Notes under the pieces: model-generated | Database searches by the model: none | What the model saw: only the letters and a program-made list of their open reading frames with translations | What the model was told of the DNA's origin: nothing | In this document: positions 35,192 to 44,598 of the stretch, piece after piece | How the letters are laid out: every line of letters begins with the position of its first letter | Position numbering within the stretch: the stretch's first letter is position 1 | Position numbers and translations under genes: made by a program | NCBI GenBank assembly: GCA_041690135.1 | Contig: JAWLHY010000002.1 | Span: 416,001-480,000, forward strand | Length of the DNA: 64,000 nucleotides | Direction: 5' to 3' | From: Armatimonadota bacterium | Lineage (GTDB): Bacteria > Armatimonadota > SYMT01

Positions 35192-35692
35192 ATGAGCGAT
35201 CTTCCTTCCGATACCCAACCTGGTCTTACTGAGCGCTTACTGGCCGAAGACCCGGCCTTCTCCTCCTGGTGGTTCCTGGCACGCGCCTACCACTCGTTCG
35301 CCGCGCGTACCAGCCGCTTCTTCGAGGAGCAGGGGATCACCGGTTCCCAGTATGGGGTACTGCGTTGTCTCCACGAAGCCGGGGAGGAAGGGTTGATGCT
35401 CAGTGAACTTTCCAAGCGGCTGATGGTCTCCTGTGGCAATACGACCGGGGTCGTCGACCGCCTGGAGCAAGCTGGATACTTGCGCCGCGAGCGCTGTATG
35501 GGCGACCGTCGCGTCGTGTGGGCTCGCCTCACCCCGGAGGGCGCGCAAGTCTACCTCCGGGTCATGCCCGCTTACATCCGGCTAATCCGTGAACTTTGCG
35601 CCGGGCTTTCCCGGCCGGAACAGGAAGCAATCACCGTCTGTTGCGAGAAGCTCCACCTCGCACTCGAAGAAAGCAAGCAAGAAGAGGAATGA
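35192..35692 (+). CDS. MarR family transcriptional regulator
   Basis: QYGVL...NTTGVVDRLEQAGYL...DRRVV..LT..G. Confidence 0.93.
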   Translation: MSDLPSDTQPGLTERLLAEDPAFSSWWFLARAYHSFAARTSRFFEEQGITGSQYGVLRCLHEAGEEGLMLSELSKRLMVSCGNTTGVVDRLEQAGYLRRERCMGDRRVVWARLTPEGAQVYLRVMPAYIRLIRELCAGLSRPEQEAITVCCEKLHLALEESKQEEE

Positions 35693-37149
35693 ACAGGTAC
35701 CGTTCCCAGGTGGGAGTTAGAGTGGGAGTCCCCAACCCGATCCGCGCCCTGCCGGTGGCCGCGCTTTCCCTGAGTGCGTGGACGGCTGCCGGGGCCCAAC
35801 CGCCTCAGCCAGTCGTGCCGCCGCCCGCTTCCGGAGCGGGGGAAGTCCGGCCGGCCATGCCGCCAGTTCCAGGCACACCGAACCCACCGGGTCTTCCGGG
35901 GATAGCTGGGGTAGAAGGACCGGCGTTAACGCTGGAAGAGGCGGTGGCGTTGGCAGTTCGGAACAACCCGCGCGTGGGCGAGGCGGCCGCACGGGTCCGC
36001 GAGGCCCGAGCGCGCATCACCCAGGCTCGAGCCCTGCGTTTGCCACAGGCCTCGCTCGACGCCAATGCGTTCCGCCAGGGGCCGGTCATTCCGGCGTTCC
36101 AACCGGGCGCGGACCCGGTGGTGCCCCCTTATCGCTGGACGGTCGGGGTCTTCCTGAACCAGATCCTGTTCGACTGGGGCCAGCGTTCGGCCCTCCAGCG
36201 GGCGGCGGAGCGGCGGACGGAGTCGCAGGAGTTTACCCTGGCGGAAACGCAGAACGACGTGCGCCTGGTAGTGGCGGTCGCTTACTACAACATCCTGCGC
36301 GCGCAGCAGTTACTGGAGGTCGCCCGGGAGCGACGAGAGGCGGCGGCCGAGCAACTCCGGGTGGCGCGCGCCCGCTTCGAGGCTGACATTGTGCCCCGTT
36401 TCGACGTAATTCGCAGCGAGGCGGAGTTGGCGAACGCGGAGCAGGATGTGATTGCGGCGCAGAACGAGATCGCCCTGGCGGAAGCGACCTTCAACACGGC
36501 CTTGGGCCGGGACGTGGTCACGCCGGTAGCCCTGGAGTACAAGCCCGAGCCTGCGGTGACCGTCTCGTTTGAGCAGGCACGGCGAATGGCCCTGGAGAAC
36601 CGGCCCCAGCTCGCCGCCATCCGGGAGGAGATCGAGGCCGGCCAGGCGGATGTGCGCTCCCGCCGGGCAGAGAACAAGCCGCAGATCGGCCTTTCCGCCG
36701 CTTACGACCGCCGCCAGGCGACCGGCTTCCAGGCGGGCTATACGTACAACGCCGGCCTGGTGATGACCTTCCCCTTCCTGGATAGCGGCCTCACGCGGGG
36801 CCGGGTGCGGGAGGCCCAGGCCCAGGTCGCCCAGGACCGGCAGCTCCTGGAGCAGGCCCGCCAGCAGCTGGAGCTCGATATCCGCCAGGCACAGCTCGAC
36901 ATGATCGAGGCCCGGAAGCGGGTGGAGACCGCCCAGCAGGAGCTGCGCGCGGCCCGGGAAGCGCTCCGCGTCGCGGAGGTGCGGTACCGCTCCGGCGTGG
37001 GCACCACCGTCGAGGTGACGGATGCACAACTGGCCCTGGCCCGCGCGGGACAAAACCTCGCGAACGCCGAATTCGATTATCAAACCGCCGTCTCCCGGAT
37101 CGAGTACGCGACCGGGGTCCCCGTCGAGCGCTTCAGCGAGACACGTTAG
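35689..37149 (+). CDS. TolC family outer membrane efflux protein
   Basis: LTLEEAVALA..NNP, two OEP repeats; ATGA overlap with marR. Confidence 0.92.
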   Translation: MNRYRSQVGVRVGVPNPIRALPVAALSLSAWTAAGAQPPQPVVPPPASGAGEVRPAMPPVPGTPNPPGLPGIAGVEGPALTLEEAVALAVRNNPRVGEAAARVREARARITQARALRLPQASLDANAFRQGPVIPAFQPGADPVVPPYRWTVGVFLNQILFDWGQRSALQRAAERRTESQEFTLAETQNDVRLVVAVAYYNILRAQQLLEVARERREAAAEQLRVARARFEADIVPRFDVIRSEAELANAEQDVIAAQNEIALAEATFNTALGRDVVTPVALEYKPEPAVTVSFEQARRMALENRPQLAAIREEIEAGQADVRSRRAENKPQIGLSAAYDRRQATGFQAGYTYNAGLVMTFPFLDSGLTRGRVREAQAQVAQDRQLLEQARQQLELDIRQAQLDMIEARKRVETAQQELRAAREALRVAEVRYRSGVGTTVEVTDAQLALARAGQNLANAEFDYQTAVSRIEYATGVPVERFSETR

Positions 37150-37184
37150 CGAACGTATTGTCTCTGACCCAGCGAAACCAGACC

Positions 37185-38915
37185 ATGAAACGCATTAGTG
37201 CAATCCTCGGAATGATCGTGACCCTGGTCGCCGCGTTCGTGCTGCTCGGCGGCAAGAAGGCGGAGGGCCCGGCCCAGGCCGGTGGCGTGATGAACGCTTC
37301 CGCCAAGGCGCCGGGCGGCGGCGGAGCCCCGAAAGGCCCGCAGGCGCTTCCCGTCCTGGCCTCTGGCGTGCTGCAGCGCGAGATGCGTCAGATTCTGGAG
37401 GTCACCGGCAGTCTTCGCACCGATGAAGATGTGGAGATCGGCAGCCGCATAGAAGGCAAGGTCGTGGCCGTGAATGCGAAGGAGGGCGACCGCGTCGCCG
37501 CCGGTCAGGTGCTGGTCCGCCTGGACGACCGGGAACTCCGCGCCCAGCTCGCACGGGCCCGAGCGATGCTCTCCGCTGCGGAAGCCCGGCTCTCCCTGGC
37601 GCACAACCAGGCCTCCTTCAAGGACACCACGGCCCAGTCCGACCATCAGAAGGCCCAGGCGGGCCTGACGGCGGCGAAGTCGCGGCTCCAGCAGGCGCAG
37701 ACGAACCTGAAGCTGATCGAGACCGAAACGCGCCTCCGGGTCGAAACGGCCCAATCGGGGGTCCGCGTCGCCCGCGAGCGGCTCTCCATCGCCAAGGAGC
37801 TCACCCGCACCCAGGAGTTGAAGCAGGCCCAACTTGCCGTGGACCAGATGAAGGCGCGGCTCGGGCAGGCGAAGGTGGACGTGGACAACGCCCGCCAGAT
37901 GTTCGAGCGCCGCCAGATGCTCTTCAAGCAGGATGCCATCGCCAAGGAAGAGGTCGATGAGGCCGAGCGCCGCTTCAAGTCGATGCAGGCGGAGCAGCGC
38001 GTGGCGGAGGCGGACGTCGCCGCCGCCGAGGCGAAGCTCGACCTGGCGAAGGAAGGCTCTCGCGGGGAGGAGATCCGGATCGCCGAGGGCCAGACCGTGG
38101 CCGCCGAGCGCGCCCTGGAGCAGGCCCTGAGCGACGAGCGGCGCAAGCAGGTCGCCCAGGACGAGGTGAACACCGCGAAAGCCAACCTCCTCCAGGCCGA
38201 GGCGGCCGTGAAGTCCGCGGAAGCCGGGCTGGTGCAGACCAAGATCTCCCAGGACGACATCAACAGCGCCCGCGCCAGCCGGGACCAGGCGAAGGCCGAC
38301 ATCGCCTTCTACATGACCCAACTCGAAGACCTGGTGATCCGGGCGCCTGTTTCCGGCGTGGTTTCCACCCGCACCGTGAACACGGGCGAGATGGTGACGA
38401 AGAGCAGCCGCCTGATGACCCTGGTGGCGCTCGATACGGTCTATTTCGAGGCCATGGTGCCCGAGCTGGACGTGAACCTGCTCCGCCCCGGCGCCACCTG
38501 CGACGTAACGGTGGATGCTCTCCCCGGCAAGCAGTTCAAGGGCACCGTCCGCGAAGTGATCCCGGTCGCCGACCGCACCAGCCGCTCTTTCCGGGTGCGG
38601 GTGGCCGTGCTGGGCAGCAAGAACCAGTTGCCGGCCAACGGTTATGCCCGCGCGCGGGTGTTCGTGGGCACGCGCCCCGGAGCCCTGGCGGTGACCAAGG
38701 ACGCCGTCTTCACCGAGTCCGGCGACAAGCTGGTGTGGCTCATTGCGGAGGGCGAAGACGGCGGCTATGTCGCCAAGCGGCAGCCCGTCTCCGTGGGCCT
38801 GGTGGATGACCGTTACGCCGAGATCACCTCCGGCCTGGAGGTGGGACAGCGCGTCATCGCCGCCGGCTCTCCGGCGATTATCGACGGCACCCCGATTTCG
38901 ATTGCTACCCGCTAA
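37185..38915 (+). CDS. RND efflux periplasmic adaptor (MFP) with very long coiled coil
   Basis: Lipoyl halves GKVVAVNAKEGDRV and IRAPVSGVV; C-terminal EITSGLEVG. Confidence 0.92.
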   Translation: MKRISAILGMIVTLVAAFVLLGGKKAEGPAQAGGVMNASAKAPGGGGAPKGPQALPVLASGVLQREMRQILEVTGSLRTDEDVEIGSRIEGKVVAVNAKEGDRVAAGQVLVRLDDRELRAQLARARAMLSAAEARLSLAHNQASFKDTTAQSDHQKAQAGLTAAKSRLQQAQTNLKLIETETRLRVETAQSGVRVARERLSIAKELTRTQELKQAQLAVDQMKARLGQAKVDVDNARQMFERRQMLFKQDAIAKEEVDEAERRFKSMQAEQRVAEADVAAAEAKLDLAKEGSRGEEIRIAEGQTVAAERALEQALSDERRKQVAQDEVNTAKANLLQAEAAVKSAEAGLVQTKISQDDINSARASRDQAKADIAFYMTQLEDLVIRAPVSGVVSTRTVNTGEMVTKSSRLMTLVALDTVYFEAMVPELDVNLLRPGATCDVTVDALPGKQFKGTVREVIPVADRTSRSFRVRVAVLGSKNQLPANGYARARVFVGTRPGALAVTKDAVFTESGDKLVWLIAEGEDGGYVAKRQPVSVGLVDDRYAEITSGLEVGQRVIAAGSPAIIDGTPISIATR

Positions 38916-38939
38916 GCCCAGAACCAGGGAACTTTTGAA

Positions 38940-41900
38940 ATGTGGCTGACACGCCTTGCCATCCATCGACCGGTCTTCGTGATCGTGTTGATGTCTACTC
39001 TGGTCCTTCTGGGGCTCTTCTCCCGCTCGAAGATGCAGGTCGAGGAGCGCCCCCGCGTCGACATCCCCTACGTGACGGTGACCACCACCTACCCCGGCAC
39101 CGGCCCGGCGGAGATGGAGAGCCTGATCACGAAGCCGCTCGAAGACGCGGTGAGCTCCGTTAATGGGATCCGGAACATCACCTCCAGCTCCCAGTACGGC
39201 ATCTCCTTCGTCCAGCTCGAGTTCTACATCGGGACGAACTCCTACTTCGCGGCCCAGGAAGTGCGGCAGAAGGTGGAAGGCGTCCGGCGGCGGCTCCCGC
39301 GGGACATCGACCCGCCCGTGGTCGACCGGTTGGACATCAACGCCCAGCCGGTGCTTTACCTCGGCATGAAGGGGGACCGGTCGATCAAGCAGCTCCGCTT
39401 CCTGGCGGACACGCAGATCAAGTACCGGCTCGCCCAGGTGCCGGGTGTTGGCCAGGTGGACGTAACCGGCGGCGACGTCCGGGAGATCCGGGTCGCCGTG
39501 AACAAGCGCCGGCTGGAGGCGTGGAACCTCTCCATCAACGACGTGGTGAGCGCCATCTTCCGGGCGAACGCGAATATTCCCAGCGGCCACGTGACCGAAG
39601 GCGCGCGGGACTACGACGCCCGCCTGATCGGCGAGTTCGGGAGCGCCGAGCAGATCCAGGCGCTCGACCTTCCGGTCGGCACCGGCGCCAACGCCACGTC
39701 GCTCAAGCTGCGGGACGTGGCGACCGTGTCGGATACCGTGGCCGAGCGCCAGACGGTCACCCGGATCTGGATGCGCGACCACCCCGGCGAGGAGATGGTC
39801 GGCGCGGACAGCGTGGGGATCACCATCGGCAAGCTCTCCGAGGCGAACACCGTGGAAGTGGTGGACCGCGTCAAGGTCGAGCTCGCCAAGATGGAAAAAG
39901 ACATGCCGGGGAACATCCGGTTCCAGGTCACGCAGGACGAATCGCTGCGGGTCCGGTATGCCCTGGAAGACATCAACGTCAGCCTCATCCTCGGGGCGCT
40001 GCTGGCGTGTATGGTCGTCTTCCTCTTCCTCCACAACATGCGCGGGACCCTCATCTGCGCGATCGCCATCCCCACCTCGCTCATCGCTTCCTTCATCCCG
40101 ATGTACTTCCTCGGGCAGTCGCTCAACAGCATGACGATGCTGGGGCTGTCGCTGGTGGTCGGGATTCTGGTCGACGACTCGATCGTGGTGCTGGAGAACA
40201 TCTACCGGCACCTGTACAAGGGGGAGACACCCACGGAGGCGGCGCTGAACGGGCGCGGTGAAATCGGGAACGCGGCCGTCATCATCACCCTGGTGGACGT
40301 GGTGGTGTTCCTTCCGATGCTCTGGATGGGCGGCATCATCGGCCAGTTCTTCCGGGCGTTCGGTCTCACCGTCGCGGTGGCCACGCTGTTCTCGCTGCTC
40401 GTCTCCTTCACCATCACCCCGTGGCTGGCGTCGCGCTGGTATCGGCTGGGGGAAAACCTGGAGGAGAAGCGCGGCGCCTTCCTGCTGCTGGAGCGGGGCT
40501 TCCGCGCGGTTGAAATCGGCTACCGGCACTTCCTGGCGTGGTGTCTCGATGCGCCCCGCTGGTTTGTTATCACCGTCTGTGCGGGGCTGGCGCTCTGGCT
40601 GCTCCGGGCCGGCATCCCCGCCGACTCGGTGAACCTGACTTACTCGATCGCCCTGCTGGTCTGCCTGGTCGCCACCGTGATCTTCATCGGGGTGGGCTGG
40701 TGGCAAACCGCCTCCCGCATGGCGATCTTTGCCCTCGGCACCCTGTTCTTCGTCTTCACGATGCAGGTCTATGGGCCGCGGATGAAGATCGGTTACATCC
40801 CGGTCTACGACCAGAGTAAGCTGGGCCTCTTCCTCGAGCTGCCGGCCGGCGCCAGCCTGCAGGAAACGGACCGTATCACGAAGCAGATCGAGGAGATCGT
40901 TACCGGCGTGCCGGAAGTGGCCACCGTCTTCACTACCGTCGGCCAGATCCAGGGCGGCTTCCGCGCGGCGCCGGAAACGGGCCGGCAGTACGCCCAGCTC
41001 GCCATCCAGCTCTATGAAAAGCCGGACCTCCTGGAAACGATCAACCCGTGGACCCCGGAGCACAAGCGGATCATGGACTGGCGACAGCGGACCGACGCCG
41101 ACGTCGCCGGGGAGATCCGTAAAAAGATGGCGGCCGTGGCGGGAGCTAAAGCGGTAGTGGTGCCTCTCCGGGGCTTCGGGGGCCTCGCTGCCCCCGTGCA
41201 GGTGGAGTTGCTCGGCTTCAACCTCGATCAGATGAAAACGACGTCGGAAGAGATCCGCGGCAAGTTGGCCAAGATCCCCGGCGTCATCAATCCGGACATT
41301 TCGCTGCGGCCCGGTAAACCGGAAGCCCAGGTGACGGTGGACCGCGAGAAAGCCGCCCGCTACGGACTGGACGTCACCCAGATCGGTACCGCCCTGCGCA
41401 GCGCCTACGAAGGCAATATCGACGCCAAGTTCCGCGAGCAGGGCGAACAGTTCGATATCCGCGTCCAGTTCGCCGAGTTCGACCGGTCGCGCATCGACGA
41501 GGTCGGCAGCGTGGTCGTGGGCCGGGTCAACACGGAGTACGGTCCGCAGGCGATCCGCCTCAACCAGGTGGCCACGATCGCTATGGGCGAGGGCCCGAAC
41601 AAGATCGACCGCAAGAACCGTCTGCGGAAAGCCACGGTGAGCGCCTACGTGCTCCCCGGCGTGGTGGCGCTCAACGTGAACCAGGCGATCGAGGACGAGA
41701 TCTCAAAGATGCCGCTGGGGGAGATGAAGGTGACCGCCGGCGGCGACGCCGACCGGGCTCGCACGGAGTACCCGCACCTGGCGCTCTCCCTGGCAATGTC
41801 GTTCGTGCTGGTCTACCTCCTGATGGCGGTGCTCTTCGATAACCTGCTCCACCCGTTCACCATCCAGCTCTCCCTGCCGATGGCGCTCGTCGGCGCCGTG

Positions 41901-42344
41901 CTCGGGTTGGTCTACATGGACCAGCAGCTCTCGGTGATTTCCATCACCGGCTTCATCATGCTGGCGGGCCTGGTGCAGAAGAATGCGATCCTTCTCGTCG
42001 AGTACTCCAACACGCTGCGGGAACGCGGCTACGAGCGGGACGAGGCGATCAAGGAGGCGGGCGAAACGCGCCTGCGGCCGATCCTCATGACGACCCTCTC
42101 CACGGTGTTCGGCATGATCCCGATCGCCCTCGCGGTCGGACGCGGTAACGAGGCACGGGCGCCATTGGCCACCGCCGTGATCGGCGGCCTGATCATGTCG
42201 ACGATCCTCTCTCTGATCGTCATACCGTGCATCTACAGCGTGTTCGATGACGTGGTGGCCGCCATCGGCCGCGCCATGGGTAAGGGCCGCCGGAGTCGCC
42301 TCGTGGAGCATGCCCTGGCCGACGAGCCGGCGGGAGCAGAGTAG
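38940..42344 (+). CDS. RND efflux permease (AcrB/AcrD/AcrF family)
   Basis: GILVDDSIVVLENI, GLVQKNAILLVE, RLRPILMTT. Confidence 0.96.
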   Translation: MWLTRLAIHRPVFVIVLMSTLVLLGLFSRSKMQVEERPRVDIPYVTVTTTYPGTGPAEMESLITKPLEDAVSSVNGIRNITSSSQYGISFVQLEFYIGTNSYFAAQEVRQKVEGVRRRLPRDIDPPVVDRLDINAQPVLYLGMKGDRSIKQLRFLADTQIKYRLAQVPGVGQVDVTGGDVREIRVAVNKRRLEAWNLSINDVVSAIFRANANIPSGHVTEGARDYDARLIGEFGSAEQIQALDLPVGTGANATSLKLRDVATVSDTVAERQTVTRIWMRDHPGEEMVGADSVGITIGKLSEANTVEVVDRVKVELAKMEKDMPGNIRFQVTQDESLRVRYALEDINVSLILGALLACMVVFLFLHNMRGTLICAIAIPTSLIASFIPMYFLGQSLNSMTMLGLSLVVGILVDDSIVVLENIYRHLYKGETPTEAALNGRGEIGNAAVIITLVDVVVFLPMLWMGGIIGQFFRAFGLTVAVATLFSLLVSFTITPWLASRWYRLGENLEEKRGAFLLLERGFRAVEIGYRHFLAWCLDAPRWFVITVCAGLALWLLRAGIPADSVNLTYSIALLVCLVATVIFIGVGWWQTASRMAIFALGTLFFVFTMQVYGPRMKIGYIPVYDQSKLGLFLELPAGASLQETDRITKQIEEIVTGVPEVATVFTTVGQIQGGFRAAPETGRQYAQLAIQLYEKPDLLETINPWTPEHKRIMDWRQRTDADVAGEIRKKMAAVAGAKAVVVPLRGFGGLAAPVQVELLGFNLDQMKTTSEEIRGKLAKIPGVINPDISLRPGKPEAQVTVDREKAARYGLDVTQIGTALRSAYEGNIDAKFREQGEQFDIRVQFAEFDRSRIDEVGSVVVGRVNTEYGPQAIRLNQVATIAMGEGPNKIDRKNRLRKATVSAYVLPGVVALNVNQAIEDEISKMPLGEMKVTAGGDADRARTEYPHLALSLAMSFVLVYLLMAVLFDNLLHPFTIQLSLPMALVGAVLGLVYMDQQLSVISITGFIMLAGLVQKNAILLVEYSNTLRERGYERDEAIKEAGETRLRPILMTTLSTVFGMIPIALAVGRGNEARAPLATAVIGGLIMSTILSLIVIPCIYSVFDDVVAAIGRAMGKGRRSRLVEHALADEPAGAE

Positions 42345-42445
42345 GCAGTGGGCAGAAGGCAGAAGGCAGAAGGCAGGCGAACCGAACTCCCGCCGACTGC
42401 CGACTGCCTTCTGCCCACTGCCAACTGCCCACTGCCTTCTACCTC
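42342..42445. repeat. Complementary heptamer arrays (NNGGCAG)x5 and (CTGCCNN)x7-8
   Basis: TAGGCAG TGGGCAG AAGGCAG x3, spacer, then CCGCCGA CTGCCGA CTGCCTT CTGCCCA CTGCCAA CTGCCCA CTGCCTT. Confidence 0.95.
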
Positions 42446-42821
42446 ATCGAGATCGGGGGGCGAACTTTTCGGGAGCAGCTATCATCGATCCAAGCATCCT
42501 GCCCACCTCTTCATAGCGCGCGACCAGACTGGCATGGTCAGCTTCGGAAAGGTATTCGCAGTCGAGGGCGAAGTCGAGCCAGACAAGAGTTTCACTGGCT
42601 TCGGCATCCGCATCGGAGAGCTTGTTCACGAACGCATTCGGGTAACGACGCTTGCGATAAGCCTCGGCCAAATTGGCGCAGATACTCCGTGAAGAGCGGC
42701 GCACCTGGTCCGTGAGCGAGAAGCGTTCATCCGCGGGAAAGCGCTTCGACAGGCGAAAGATCTCCATCGCAAGAGCATGTCCGAGCTGGTAAACCTTAAG
42801 ATCGCGATGACCACGCAACAT
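42444..42821 (-). CDS. Four helix bundle protein (23S rRNA IVS-protein-like family)
   Basis: HRDLKVYQ...FPADERFSLTDQVRRSSRSICANLAEA...EASETLVWLDFA; SD GAGGAGG. Confidence 0.93.
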   Translation of the reverse strand: MLRGHRDLKVYQLGHALAMEIFRLSKRFPADERFSLTDQVRRSSRSICANLAEAYRKRRYPNAFVNKLSDADAEASETLVWLDFALDCEYLSEADHASLVARYEEVGRMLGSMIAAPEKFAPRSR

Positions 42822-42897
42822 GGAAGCCTCCTCTTCGGGCGAGTTCAACTGGCGCTGAAATGTTCATTGCCATACGCCAGATCGCCTGCTTCGAGAA

Positions 42898-42980
42898 CTG
42901 CCACCGCCTTCTGCCGACTGCCTTCTGCCGATTGCCTTCTGCCGACTGCCCACTGCCCACTGCCGACCGATTACTGAACC
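42898..42980. repeat. Heptamer array (CTGCCNN)x~10 running up to the P-II start codon
   Basis: CCGCCTT CTGCCGA CTGCCTT CTGCCGA TTGCCTT CTGCCGA CTGCCCA CTGCCCA CTGCCGA CCGATTA CTGAACC ATG. Confidence 0.95.
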
Positions 42981-43271
42981 ATGAAGCTTCTGACTATCAT
43001 CTATGACAGCTCCATCGAGGCCTCCATGGCCGAGCTCCTCGACGCCCTGGAGGTGCCGGGCATCACGAAGATCACCGACATTCTCGGGCGGGGCGGGCGG
43101 GGGCCCAAGATGAACAACCCCGTCTTCCCTGGTACCAACAACATCGCTTACGTGGCGCTGCCGGACGAGGACGTGGAGCGGGTCCGCCGCTCCATCCGGC
43201 GCCTGCAGCACAGCTTCCGCCTCAAGCCCGGGGTCATGATTCTCTGCCAGGACGCCGAAGAACTGCCCTGA
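42981..43271 (+). CDS. P-II-like (PG0541-type) transporter-associated protein
   Basis: MKLLTIIYD...GITKITDILGRGGRGP....VFPGTN GlnB-like pattern; RND context. Confidence 0.8.
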   Translation: MKLLTIIYDSSIEASMAELLDALEVPGITKITDILGRGGRGPKMNNPVFPGTNNIAYVALPDEDVERVRRSIRRLQHSFRLKPGVMILCQDAEELP

Positions 43272-43308
43272 TCACCTTTGAAAGAAACTCGTTCGATGGC
43301 CGGGTTGA

Positions 43309-43345
43309 GACCCGCCGCAGTCCAACTGCGGCGGGTCCTTCCTTT
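43309..43345 (+). terminator. Terminator of the efflux operon
   Basis: gacccgccgcag/ctgcggcgggtc 12-bp stem followed by cttccttt. Confidence 0.75.
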
Positions 43346-43482
43346 GCAAGATGTAGTCGGCCGGCTTGCTTCCCCGCGAAAGGCAACGTCGAGTGGCTGT
43401 TTAGATGCACTGGTCACCGCTTGAAGCCTGAGAGAGAACTATTAGAGCGTCAGGTAGATTGCTTATGCGGAAGGGGGTTCGG

Positions 43483-44142
43483 ATGCGACGATGGCCTTGG
43501 TTGGGAGTGTTCGCCCTTGCCGTAGGACTAGGGGGCGGTGTGCGGCCGGCGGAGGCCCAAACCCTGGGGCCGGTGGTCTTTGGCGACGGAGTGTCCGGGG
43601 CGAATGCTGTTGGCGCAATCATCAGCGACTTTTCTCATCCCCGACAACTAGGGAGTATGTTTACCCTGCCGTCGAATACCACAATCGCGGGCGCCCGCTG
43701 GTGGGGGGTCACCACCGCCCCCGGCGTAGCGAACTTCACCGTGAGGATCTTTTCGACATCCGGGGGTGTCCCGGCGACAACGCCTCTTTACAACTTTGCC
43801 ATCGGTGGCGCGGTGGGCTGGACAGCGGCCGAACCGATCGGTGGCACTCCACAGTACCGGTATGATGCTACCCTGCCGACCACGGACCTTGGCTCCGGCA
43901 CCTACCTCATGTCGATTGTCAACGATACCGGTGCCGCGGCCGACTGGGCTTGGAGTTACGGCAGCGGCAATGCTTTGCGCTTCCGAAACTCGGATGCTGC
44001 AACCTGGAACTCCTTTGGAGGCGCCCCCCTCTTTCAACTCACGGGAGAGGTGGATGCAGCGGCCGTGCCCGAGCCGGGCGCCGCGCTGTTGTTCCTTCCC
44101 GCTCTCGGGGTAGTGGCGCTGGCGAGACGTCGCCGGTCGTAA
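43483..44142 (+). CDS. PEP-CTERM sorting domain protein
   Basis: Signal peptide; C-terminal VPEPGAALLFLPALGVVALARRRRS. Confidence 0.92.
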   Translation: MRRWPWLGVFALAVGLGGGVRPAEAQTLGPVVFGDGVSGANAVGAIISDFSHPRQLGSMFTLPSNTTIAGARWWGVTTAPGVANFTVRIFSTSGGVPATTPLYNFAIGGAVGWTAAEPIGGTPQYRYDATLPTTDLGSGTYLMSIVNDTGAAADWAWSYGSGNALRFRNSDAATWNSFGGAPLFQLTGEVDAAAVPEPGAALLFLPALGVVALARRRRS

Positions 44143-44598
44143 CCCCTCCTTCGCAATCGTCTACACCCTGGCCGGGCTCGCTCTTCGGGGCGGGCCTGCG
44201 CTGCATTTTGGGCGGCGCCCAAGGCCTCCCGAGTCGCGTCGGCCGTCGCCGTCCGCGACATCCGCACTTCAGCCTAGCCCACGGGAGAGGACCCGGGTAT
44301 TGCCGCGCCGAAGACCGCCGACAACGACACTTTCACCGAAAGTTCATCGCCGGGATATGCTCCGTTAATCGCGCGTTAACGCTGGAGAGGTACGCTAACC
44401 CTGCAAGAACCAAGACGTCCCCCCGCCGGGAAGGCATGGGGACGGGGCACTCCACTGGCGGAGAACCTGGGACCCCGGAGCAACCGGTGTCCGTAGGCTC
44501 CGCCATGTTTGTGACCGGACCGACGCCCGCCGGCGTCGCGGGAGGCGCGGAAACGTGCCCGCGGCGATCGGCGGCGGGGTCCAAAGGAGCTTCTGCAG

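Noticed and set aside
37146-41063. 1305-aa minus-strand ORF, and similar long antisense ORFs such as 16555-18477 and 59399-61315
   Set aside because: High-GC shadow frames opposite clearly identifiable genes.
42342-42980. Diversity-generating retroelement (four-helix bundle resembles Avd) or CRISPR array
   Set aside because: No reverse transcriptase, TR/VR pair or cas genes seen; the repeats are contiguous 7-mers without unique spacers.
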